A stretch of 64,000 bases of DNA from Paragordius varius (Eukaryota > Animalia > Nematomorpha). Positions 11,601 through 23,400 of the stretch are shown piece by piece (the stretch's first letter is position 1; every line of letters starts with the position of its first letter). The stretch covers positions 3,720,001 through 3,784,000 of the forward strand of contig OZ176056.1 in assembly GCA_964247055.1 (NCBI GenBank), read 5' to 3'. Made by a program: the position numbers and the translations under genes. The notes under the pieces were generated by a model that saw only the letters and a list, made by a program, of their open reading frames with translations, was not told the origin of the DNA and made no database searches.

Positions 11601-14300
11601 TTGATCCGCATGTTATGCGAAGGGTTCGATTTCCATCTTTTACCGTGTGCGAGAGTACCCCTGTTCTCTCCAAAATTGAACCTTTTCTCCGCCCCGTATT
11701 GATTTTATTCTTTATGTACATCTCTTCGTCCGGTGTGAAAACTTGATTGGGTATGATGTCGTCATCTAATTGTTGGGAGGGTGTTTCCCTAACCCAGGAG
11801 AAAGGAATATTAATATTTCTTTTGAGGAATAAATTATACGGGCACTCTTTTGTGGCGCTATGTACGGCGGAGCGATAACCCCATAGCACTTGATTTATTT
11901 TTTTGTCAGGAGGCAGCTAGAATCCGTTAGCAATTTATAGTGTGCTTTTAAGGTGCAAATGACACGTTCCACCAGCCCATTTGTTCGTGGATGATAGGGG
12001 GCACTGGTGACATGTTTAATGTTTGCTCGTTGCAAGGCATCTTTAAAATCCTTTGATGCAAAATATGATGCATTATCGGTAACAATCATTCGAAGAAACC
12101 CGTACCTTACACACCAAGTTTCTAAACAATGTAATATGTTTACGGAACAAGCTTAAAAAAATTTAATTATTTCAGTTCTAATAGTATTTATCAAAATTTT
12201 TTCTTGCAGAATACAAAGTTAATATTTTCTAATGGTCCCTTTTCAAGTAAATAATAAAGTTTTATTTATAACTTTATAAAATATCACCTAATGCAACAGA
12301 TTTACATTATAAATAAATGGTCATACATAAAATACTATTATATAAATTCCTTTATAGGCTATCCACTAGATGCCATATCAAAAACTGTATTGGATTCAGC
12401 TTACAGATACACAACAACGTATAGTACTTGTTCAAGGTGTCGCGTGCCCATCATACAACAAGGGGTAGTCAATGGTGATCCAGATGTTGATGCCATATTT
12501 CGGCTAACCAGGATTCCAGAACATCTGAAACCGTTTAATGTGCAATTTGCGGGGGAGTCTCCGCGAATAGCTATTTCAGAGCACACATATTTACCCTACA
12601 ATTCACAAAACACCCTTTTTCATTACGATGCTTTTTGGGCTCTGGTTTTACCCGTTGGAGTTACGTTTCGTGTTTGTGACATATGGCGAGGTTATTGGAC
12701 CCAACGATTGCTTTGGACCTTGAGTGCGGATTATTATCTTGGGTATTTTTTTTGGAAAAATTAACTGTATAATTATTTTAATTTCTGCATTTACTATACA
12801 TAAGCCATTTAAGGAGATAATTTAAGCCCTTCTTATTTGATGGTGTCGCATAGTAAACCAATAATAATCAATTAAAAGCAGGTTTGCATTTGCCAGTTAT
12901 AAATGCATTCACCGTGACAACGAATAAAAAACAGTCAACATTTTTCAAATTTAATTACAATTAAATAGTAGTTAACCTAAAAATGTACAATTTTTTTAGT
13001 ATGATTATATATTTTGACAGTGTGAAAAATCGATTTAATCGGTTAACTTAACTTTTTGTAATGGCATAACAAATATTCAAACGCAGTAATAAATGCCGAC
13101 AATTACGAATAGCTGCTTTTATGAGCGGTCAAACTCTTTTACATTTTTTTACCGGTTAAAACCCGATGCTAATCATACTTATAATTACTTAAACACCTTC
13201 ACCAAAATTTTAATCCTAAATAACTATTATAGGTATGTAGGTCCGGCGGCATACCAGTTTCGAAATATTCACAATTACATTGACGATGCGATAGACGAAA
13301 CCGATGTATATTTTAAAACATCTAAATTAATCCAACACCTAGATAGCTGGGAATGCGTATTAGGTAAAAAAATTTAACATGGTATTCGTATATAATATTT
13401 TATTTTAATGTTTACGAGAATATATTTGATATTTTTATCGTATATTGTTAAGACGTTAATGAAACGCCCGAATTCCAGAAATGTGCGGAAAAATTAACTC
13501 TCTCCATGTACAAAGAAAATTTTTGGACAAAAAAGGACGTGAAATTGATAGAGGCCTGGTTTGCTGATTTGAAAACCATTGGGTATCAAATACCAATATT
13601 TGATAATAAGGCAGACACCGTGCCTAAAGCACAAGCTATTCAATACAACTATTACCCAAAACGGTTAACTTATCTAAGAAGATACCAAATAAATCAAGTT
13701 TCTAGTTTTGGAAAAAGAGCAATTTTATGGATTATACCGAGTGATGGTGGTGTAAATGAAATATCGGTGGAATCGTATCAAGAATCTCAAAAACACTATA
13801 AAAATTTTGAACAAATCATTTTTTGTGTAAAGAATGATAATAGTAATATTAAACCATTTTATACGAGAAACAATACACATTTTGCCATCATATCGCCCCA
13901 AATATATGGCGAAATTGAAAATGACAACCTTCATCGGGTTGACACATGTGTAAAGTTGGTCAAATTTGGATTTATCCAAAAAATACATTTCATAATGTCC
14001 CCGGCTAATATAAAAATTTTGACCGTTGATTTATTAGAAAAGATTGAAACGTTGATCGAACCAAGTTTTTTTACTGTGATTACAGCAATCACGAAAAAGA
14101 AATTGTGGCTAAATAAAAAATGTTTTAACCATAATAATTCGTCGACCCCTGAGTATTTGTTCAAATCTAGCAAGAATGATATATCACTCATTTTAATAAT
14201 GTATGATGATATAGAAAATATAATTTTGCGCAAAATAAATCTTAATTCGGACATCTGGACTAACTGTTTAACAAATCTCATTTACAATGATGCAACATAA
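8652..14300 (+). CDS. STELLO-like / DUF288 putative glycosyltransferase, 7 exons, ~655 aa, N-terminal membrane anchor
   Basis: join(8652..8849,10056..10177,10334..10454,10794..10956,12358..12742,13233..13363,13453..14300). All introns GT-AG with matching phases; 1968 nt without stops. Motifs KWIVVTSINYPT, RKNIGYLYAIQHGAQYIYDTDDDN, QQGVVNGDPDVDAIFRL, PYNSQNTLFHYDAFWAL, CDIWRGYWTQRLLW. Hydrophobic FMLIFIICLYGAILFV in exon 1. The exon 1 to exon 2 join is the least certain. Confidence 0.9.
9590..10035. mobile_element. Two partial MITE family D elements (TATACCATTTTCAGT terminus, ~21-bp caaacgcaacattttttcaag units) in STELLO intron 1
   Basis: Right terminus gactgaaaaatggtata at ~9720 and left terminus tataccattttcagt at 9899; same family as 34963-35074. 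Confidence 0.65.
11250..12125 (-). mobile_element. Ty3/Gypsy LTR retrotransposon fragment (integrase core and C-terminus, PPT, start of 3' LTR), antisense in STELLO intron 4
   Basis: IVTDNASYFAS...SAPYHPRTNGLVER (integrase D..E), then LWGYRSAVHSATKECPY after a stop/frameshift. Pol ends RKRKAPDRLRFG*, followed by the purine tract AAGGAGATA and TG at 11353. LTR extent uncertain. Confidence 0.88.
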
Positions 14301-16329
14301 ATTTTTCCGAGAAATGTCATTTAAAACAATTGTACATTATTAAGGACATTTTTCAAAATATGTCACAAATTTAAATTAATATTCTGATTAATAAGTTGTA
14401 AATTATATTTTTGGGGCGATAAAAGTTTCTAAATTGTTGTTACCTAACTGTCATATTTGTGATCTAGTTTATTTTTTATTAAATAAAAAATAATTAAATG
14501 ATAATTTAGCTAATGTATTTTCACACTAATCGCACTAATAATGAACTTTTTACACAGCGCACATAAACTAATTAGCTTACGCTTATCATTCTCCTAGTTT
14601 CCCAATTTTAAGACCCTAATTTTAAGTTATTATTTCTTCATTCTAGTGTTTGAACATTACTTTGTGCGGAACAAAATTTTTTTGATGATATCAATATATT
14701 TGGATAAAATGTATCACATCATGCTTTCTTAGTGAGAAAAAGACTGCTTCATATAATAGGCGAAATTTGCCCATTGATTAAATTTTTGTGAAAGCTAACT
14801 GCATCATTTCAAAATATCGCTAAATTAATAAAAAATGTATAAATAATATTATTGAATTAAATTTTAGATTACACTGCGCTCAAAATCGGGGCGTATAAAA
14901 TAATATGATTATATATATATATATTCAAATGGGTAAATGCAAGATTTTTATGGTATTTGTTTTGGGGCTTAGGATTCATATAAGAAAGATTTTTGCACTT
15001 TTGGGCTATGTTGGATATCGTAAGGCAAAGTTAACGCACATTATGCTTAATAAAATTTGTAAAGTTTGATGCTTAGTCCAAAAAATATCATAAATATATA
15101 ATTGAAGATATTTAAAAAGTAAAATAATATTTTTATAAAACTTTTAATTTAAGTGTCCGAAATGCCAATTTTCTTCGCGCTAAAATGGGTGAGTTTTGAA
15201 AAAAACGCAAAAATTCGAAGGCAAATTGTAGATGCTAGATTATGGCATGAAACACATTTTTCAAAAATACATACCTTTTAAAGATTTTAATTTTTAATTT
15301 GTTCAAACGTGCCTAATACTATATTGAGGAAACCAAACGCTTAAAAATATTTAAAAAAATTCTATCGATTATGCTGAACATTTCTATATCTAATATTCGT
15401 TAAAATAATTGTTCGTCCTCAAATTTATGTTAAATATAATTTTCTTGTAAAAAATCACCCAAAAATGAAAAACCTTATGATTATTCTGATGTGTGCGTAA
15501 ATAATCAGCATTATCGAATTCATAGCAAAAGTGATTATAATATCCCAAAGTGTTTTTATACCGTTTCCACCATAACTCAAAACCTATATATTTAGTATAT
15601 ATTAAATTTTGAAGAAATATCATTTGTTCGGAAAAAATGGCTATAGTTTTAACATGAAATTTTATATTTTTTATCTTTACAGAAACTTTATTATAAATAA
15701 TTTTATATTGGATTTAGTATTATTTTTGTAAAATATAATGTGATAATTATAATTTAGAAAAATAAAGTACTTTTAAGTTTTAAATCAAAGGGCATCCCTA
15801 AAAGGTGTAGAGCAAACTCACTTCGCCACTGTCTACATAAGACAGTGATACTCAAACCGCGGCCCTAAGAGGCTTTAAAATTGCTCTATGATCATAATGA
15901 TATAGAATTATTTTTTTTATTGACGAATTTTAAAAATATACATAAACGAAATTTCGCCTATTTTAATATTAATTTATTTTCTTTAGATTTAATTTTGTAT
16001 TTTTATTTTTTACCGAATTGGAAATGTAGAAATTCCCGATTAAGATGATTTCAAAATTTTGGCACACATTGTTTCTGTTTCAGTATTCTATTTTCTTTTC
16101 TATTTTGAAAATTTTTATTGCATTCCTTTTTGCATTTAACCAGCCTTTCACCCACACTTGCAGATACATATTCTTTTCATTGCTATCCTGCTATGACCCA
16201 TAAAATATCTTTTAAATCAACATCATTAAATTTCGACCTATTTTTTATAGCATAATTTACATTATATTCCCATTTTTTTGAAAAAATATACATTATGGTT
16301 AAACATATATTCAAAGGTTCACATCTCAT

Positions 16330-16560
16330 CTAAAAAACGTATATCATCCGATGAAAATCACTTCTTAAAAGAATGGGAAGAAAAATTCTTTTTCATTTTG
16401 AATAAAAATGTTGTTACCTGTCTTATATGTAAGGACAACTTAATTATATAAAAAATACAATATTGAAAGACATATTATAATTCATGATTCTCATACATCA
16501 CCAAAAAATTATGAGGAAAAAAACGAAAAATATAAAAAATTAGGAATAGACTAGAAAGTA
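16330..16560 (+). pseudogene. N-terminal zinc-finger fragment of the same hAT transposase, opposite strand
   Basis: KEWEEKFFFILNKNVVTCLICKD...YNIERHY, then SHTSPKNYEEKNEK, which matches the minus-strand SHKLPENHEEKAK at ~18300-18350. Confidence 0.7.
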
Positions 16561-16822
16561 AAAGCTATGTTACTCACCAAAAAACATTGAGGCCAAACAA
16601 AATATATTTTTTTTCAAGGGCCATGGACCTTATGATGGCAAATATGTTTGACATATATGCACATATTAATACTCTAAATCAGCACAATGAATTTTTTTGC
16701 GGATTCATGTAAATTCAGCTGAAAACTCGTCTTGCATTAAAATTAAAATATTTTGATAACAACATATATTTTGATATTAACCAATAATTTTTGACATTTG
16801 GTTTCGCTTCATGAGAGGCCAA

Positions 16823-18330
16823 TCATAATACGTCGTTCATATTATCATTGGAGCGATTTCTATATGTATTCTTGACATAGTTCATTAAATATGCCGTCTC
16901 ACACGCGTAAGTTGAGGGAAAAACAGTTAGGATAACTTGAGCACATTTTTTTATATTTGCATATTTATTTGGCACATCTTGCCGAAACACTTCATATATT
17001 TGTTCTATACGCATGTCCTTGAAAATAGCCTCCATATTGGAATCAATTTTTAATTCTACGAATTTATCAAATATATGCGCTTTTATCAAAACCAAAATGC
17101 TTAAGTTGCTTAATATTGGATATATCCATATGCCATGGATTTTCAACGATTTTTAAGCAATTTTTAATATTTCTTAATTCTTGAAATATCAATTTCATCC
17201 ATTAGATTATAATGTTAAGTGATTGCCTATTATTAAATTAATCTCCGCGGTAAATTCCATATTTTCTTCATGAATTGTTTTAAGTGTTGGGAAACATAGG
17301 AGTGTTTTAATTTAATAATCTTGTTTATAAAATATTAATTTTTCTTCAAAAGCAAATATTTGATAAGCAAATTGGATTATTTTGCTCACTTGTTGTATTA
17401 AAATACTAAGTTCATAAGTAATGACGCAAAGGTAGGCTGATAAAACCCACCATTTGTCACTATTAATATCCTCGTCAAACTTTCTGATCTTTTATAAATG
17501 ATAGAATTTCATGTCTAAAAACAAAAAATCTATTTAATACTTTGTTAGCCATCTTACAGCGGTGTACAAATCATGAAACTCACTGTGGATATCTTACGGA
17601 AGGTTTTTGAATTTATGGCGGTTGAATTCTCTGCCACGGCTGGTAATTTATTTTTTACACGCGAAACCAAGTTTTGCTGATGAATAAAGCAGTGAAAGGA
17701 TAAAGTATTTTGCAAATTATATTTGTTTTTCAAAAGATTAATTCCTTTGTTTTATTAGAATCATAGAGGGTCAGCCATCTGCGCAGATCGAAACCAATTT
17801 TTTCATAGATATACGATAATTATCGAAAAAAGTGCTAATTATTTCAAGAATTTCACTTTCTTTCGTGGTATTATTCATTGGCAAAAATTTTAAATATTAC
17901 TCGTTGATTATGTCGTTGCAAAATATGAAGAGCGCCCATTGTTGAACTAATATCTGTGCTAGAATCAATAGCATTACTAAAATATTTGTAGTTTTTCAGA
18001 GCCAATAATGTATTGTAAAAAATATATTTAGACATGTGTTCAATGCGTCGAGCACATGTTGAATCGGAAAGTTGAAGTTTTTTAATTAGCCTCATGATTT
18101 AATCTTTATTATGAAATTTATCAAATAAAAAGTGCAACCATTTATTAGACATTCTTTTATAGTTGGGATTCAGTAAACGGTTTCACATTTTATCCTAAAA
18201 TATAGCAAATTTCATACGAAACTAATGTTACAGCTATTTGCTGGGAGAAAGCTATGGACAAAATACATTTTTCTTTTTGATATAATTTCCTTAATCTTGT
18301 TATATTTTTCGCTTTTTCCTCATGATTTTC
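16823..18330 (-). pseudogene. Degenerate hAT transposase (EPM2AIP1/GTF2IRD2/Buster-like)
   Basis: Fragments SYEICYILG..KPFTES, KKLQLSDSTCARRIEHMS...YFSNAIDSSTDISS (first catalytic Asp region) and the C-terminal dimerisation motif ILTVFPSTYACE...MNYVKNTYRNR. Multiple stops and frameshifts. Confidence 0.85.
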
Positions 18331-18935
18331 TGGTAATTTATGAGAAAGATGGATTAAAATATCTTTTTAATTATGCTATAAAAAAACTGGTCGAAATTTA
18401 ATGATGTTGATTTGAGTTACAAAAAATGATGCAGGATAGCAATTAAAAGATTGTGTATATGCAATTTTGTGGGACAGGCTTGCTTAAATACAAAAAAGGA
18501 ATGCAATAAAATTTCAATATAGAAAAGAAAATAGAATACAGAAACCAAAACAATGTTTGCTAAAATTTTGAAATCATTTTAATTGTATAGAAAAACTTTC
18601 TATATTTTAAATTGAGTAAAAACTAAATATTACCAAAATTAAATCTAAGGAAAATAAATTTATATTAAAATAAGTGAAAATTCGTTTATATGTAATTTAA
18701 AAATCTTCAATAAAAAACATAATTTAGTATCTATATGGTCATAGGGCAATTTTAAAGCACTCTTAGGGCCGTATGCGGCCCACGGGCCGCGGTTTGAGTA
18801 CCACTGTTCTAACCTAATTAACCGTTAGTAAAAAAACCGTTACGGCATAATTGAAAAAGTGAATTTTTTTTATAATCACATGAATGCATTAGTTAGTTAG
18901 TCAGCATAGCTATTTAAATTTAAGCGCGCCTCTAA

Positions 18936-20360
18936 ATGCACAAAATATGCTTAGAAAGACTAAAAGGTATAATATTTTATAATTTAGTTTATGATGATAA
19001 AATTAGAAACTATAAAATATATTTAAATTATATATTTGACAAATTAAATGATCAAACCTTAAATTTATTAGCCAATTATAGTTATGTATTTAGCGAAATT
19101 TTGTTAGAATATTTTCCCATGAAAGATATGCATGACAAGGTTTTATAAAATTTAATAACAAGACATATTCGGAAGAAATTATTGCTATCATTGTTAAATC
19201 GATACTCATAAGGCATAAAACCGATATAAAGGGACCCAAACCTGAATGCTCCATATATAGGTAAAAAATTTTTAATGCCTTTAGCCATTTGTTTGCCATA
19301 AATCTCAGTTGCCGATTGGATTTATGTTCAATCTCTCTTGATCTTAAATTTTGTGCAAAATATCTGGTAAATATATTAATATATGTAAAACAAATGTTGA
19401 TTATTTCAATTATTTATTTGGATTATTAGACAGAATTAAACGATAAAAAATCTTTCCAAGAATCAACCACTCACAAATCTAAATTAAAATTAGCCTTATC
19501 TTTGCCTCTACCCGAAAAATTTCAAAATGTTGAATCACAAAATATTACAGAAATTTCAGAAAACAACTCAAATAACAACTTTAAAGATTCCGAACTAAAT
19601 TGTGAAACAAATGAAAATAAAGCTGTAACCAAAAACTCGACTAAAATAGACACCAAAGATGATCATGTTTTGAATCATGCATCTATAGATGAATTCATAT
19701 TGGCAACACTACCATGTATCTTGGATCATATAATAAGGCCCAGTTTAAAACGCATTTTGGCATGCATCCAAAAGGTAATATATAGGATAAAAATATTTTT
19801 AGAAGTTTTTCTCTAATATTTGAATATAATTTCCAGTTTTATCGTTTTTTGCGAAAACACGGAGTTGTACAAAAAATACTATACAAAAATTATTAATTTT
19901 AGATTTTAACATTGTTAGGTGGGTTTGGTTATAAATTTTTAAATTATCATAATGGTACAACTGAGATAAATAGGTAAATAAAAAACCATCATTAAAAAAT
20001 TTAAGCTCAATATATCAAAGTCAATTTTGGAAGAAGTACATCTTATATGTTTTCGGAGGCTAAATTTTTTAGATATAGCCAATGATGTACTTTCAGAATC
20101 CAAATAAATTGAGGTCAAGTGCCATATTAGCAATATATTTAAAGGATAGAAATTTATTGTTTTGTATATTTCATCCATATTTTTTTAGGTTAAACGCAAA
20201 AACGACTCATATGTTAGTATCAGTATAACATTATATAAAATCATAATATGATAACTTTAAAATGGATTTTTTTATTTAAATTTTTGTGGTTTTGATCATT
20301 TTAAATGAAAATTTCTGTATAAAAATGTTTAAGTTTTTAGGGTATAATATTTTATATCGT

Positions 20361-20406
<46 letters not shown>

Positions 20407-23400
20407 CACCAATAGTAAACATAATAATACTTGCAGATCTTAATTTATCATTAATGAGTAAAATTTTGACAATTTTTAGTATTTAAATAATAAATAAGAA
20501 AATTTAATTGATCATTATAGTTTTAAGAATATCCGTATTACAATGCTCAAATTTAGCAAAACCATAAAACAGTCTCATATGTTTTGTTATGTTAAATTTT
20601 TTATGCGTATGCAAACGCCTGGTAAAATATTTGAGAGTTTTTTCGGGTAAAAAAACTAGCTAAATTGATGGCAATAGTCGGTTATTTAATAAGGTCATCA
20701 TCAACTTTATCTTACAAAAAATACGTCCAAATTTGACAAATTTTTGCCAAAATACTTTTTAGTTTAGTATATTGTTACAAATTATAGCGTTTATGGCAAA
20801 ACTTCTTAAAATATATTATTTATACCAAGGTTTAAAAGGTAAAAACTATTTTTTTGCAAAATATAAGATATAATATAATAATATTTAAAACTATAATGCT
20901 GTGAATGGAAATATTGTGTTATTATATGTATAATAGAATAACATATCTTATGAATCAGTAATGGCTAAAATTATAACCGAAATAAAATTTATTTCAATAC
21001 ATCCCATCTCTGAAGTCAATGATCAACTCACTCAAGATAAAAATCTCTGGATTTTAAGGTTATTTCATTTGTTATAATTTTGTTATTTAATCATTAAATC
21101 AAGATATTTTGAAGTTGTTAGTAAACAATTTTCCGTAATATATAGGGTTTATTATCAAAATATAATTATACTTTGTTATATCAATGATAATAAGATACCG
21201 CAATATTTTATACCATATGTTATTGTTATTGCAAATTATATAATATGCATAAAAGTCATTTTCGATTTGAAAATCTAATAAATATCGCTTTCTAATATAT
21301 TATTTTACTTTTAATAAAAAATATTTTTTAGATTTTACTGTATATAATAAATTTTTTTCGTTTTGAATATCCAGATATTTCACAAAACTTTGTATGTTAT
21401 TGGACACATACTTGCGACTTAGAGCGCTTTTGCAATTATCATCTTCTAAAACAGATGATCTCCAGGAACCCAATAGTGACAAGTCAGATTTTTCAGTTTG
21501 CGAAATTGAAAAAGAGGTGTTTTTTTATTGCCTATCATAAAACTTTTTACATCAAACTTTTTTAAAATAATTTTATACAATTTATAAATTACAGATTTTT
21601 CCCATGATCCGACAACTTGTGTTTGAAATAGAGCCCAAAGTATTCAGCAAGTTATCTTATCAATTTCTCGTATTAAGGTGATAATTATCATATTTAATGA
21701 TTTTCTCATAAAATTTTTTTAATTTATTTTTAGAATTTATAAAACGTAAACTTAATTTTGGAAAAGCAATGCTTTAAACAAATTTTTTTGGAAAGATAAG
21801 CTTTATTTTAAAATTAAATTGTTCAATCTGAAGTTGATGTACATAAAAGTTATATGGATTTCTCTGATTATTTTGAAAATTTGATTAATGTTATGGTATA
21901 ATTTTGGTTATTTCTAAGCGCATGAGTAAAAATACATTTTATTCATTAATAATGCTAACATGAGTAAAAATACATTTTATTCATTAATAATGCTAACATG
22001 AGTAAAAATACATTATATTCATTAATAATGATAAATTACATTAAAGGTAAAATAAGTAATTGGGTACAATTATATCTAGACATTTAAATTAAATATTTTG
22101 TTTATAAAAGTTTTAATAGTATACGAGACAATCATTTAACTATTATCACAATAGATATCATAAATCTTTTCCCAGTCTTGTGCGAAAAATTTGTACATTT
22201 TTTCAATTCAATATACCCATAACCTCGTCAACAAAACTGATAAAATCTAACGCCGCAAAAGTAAATCCCGTAAAGCCAACTGTTTTGAATGAAAACCCAT
22301 CCTCCAATAATATTGAAAATACCTCTTATAGGACAACTAACTCACCCTACTCATATCTTGTTAGCTCTCAAAAATATTATTAATTTATATATTTAATATT
22401 GTTTCAAAGTTTTAATTTAAAAATTAATTTTCAATAAGATGAACCTTTATAACATAAAATCATATTTATATCGGGTTTACTGTATTAGTGGGATACAACT
22501 GTTTTTATCGGTGAAAATTTTTTTAAAAATGGTTTATATTTAAAAATATATTTTTAAAATAAGTTTAAATTTATTGTTAATTTATATCTATTAATAGCAT
22601 TTTAACAATTATATAATGCGCAAAAATAATTAGTGCAATTAAATTCCCACCAAAAATGGAGAATTAGTCGCAAATCTAATTTTTATTCGTTATGTAATTC
22701 TAATGCTTTAAATACATTGGTTATAAATAATTACAAAAGGAAAAAAAAATTAAGTTAATTTGAAACCAAGTAGACCCTGTTAAATTGCTAAAAAATTTTT
22801 CATAAGATACTTTTTTGTAATTGAACAAGTATATTAAGGTTTTAATGTATCTAGCTAACATTTAATTTTTAATTAATTTCAACCGTTTTTCATTCAAACT
22901 AAATATGTAAAAAAATGTATATATATAGATTTACAATTTATTTTTGATTCCTTATTTGTAAATTATAGCAAATGAAACGTAAACGACAAGCTAAACAACG
23001 TAAAATGATGCAACATTTTATGTTAGAGTTCTCGGCTTCAAAAACAAACTCTACTTCACCACGCAATTCAATTAATTTGAGTTTCAATGAACAAAGTATA
23101 CATTTGCCCAATCTCATAAGTACTACTCAATTGGCAGCTAAAGAAAAAAATATGACCCCTAAAATCCATACAAAAACACAAAAAGTTAAAAAGTTTTTAA
23201 GTCAAAATAAAAGTACAACCTTGAGCCAAAAGCAAGCCTCTCAACAACACCATTACCTAAAAACTAAGCAAAATTTTGGCATGGGCATAGAATTAACATT
23301 ACAAGCCAAATTTCTTACACAAATCGATACGAATCAGGCAAATAGTCAAAAGGTTTTTGAAATGAACGCCAGCGTAAAAGATCCAAAAAACGAAATAAAC

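Larger units (their letters stand above)
15843..18806. mobile_element. hAT (Charlie/Buster-like) composite with two inverted 5' ends; no TSD
   Basis: TIRs CAGTGATACTCAAACCGCGGCCC and GGGCCGCGGTTTGAGTACCACTG. Segments 15843-~16560 and ~18290-18806 are long inverted copies of each other. Flanking octamers differ (acataaga vs ttctaacc). Confidence 0.85.

Noticed and set aside
18967-18987. Candidate 21-nt intron
   Set aside because: In frame with no stop (GIIFYNLV), so it cannot be told from coding read-through.
19775-19802. Candidate 28-nt intron
   Set aside because: The next exon would hit TGA after six codons with no usable donor; the acceptor at 19836 fits better.
20286-20486. ORF with a YI repeat
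   Set aside because: Translation of a (TA)n microsatellite in an intron.
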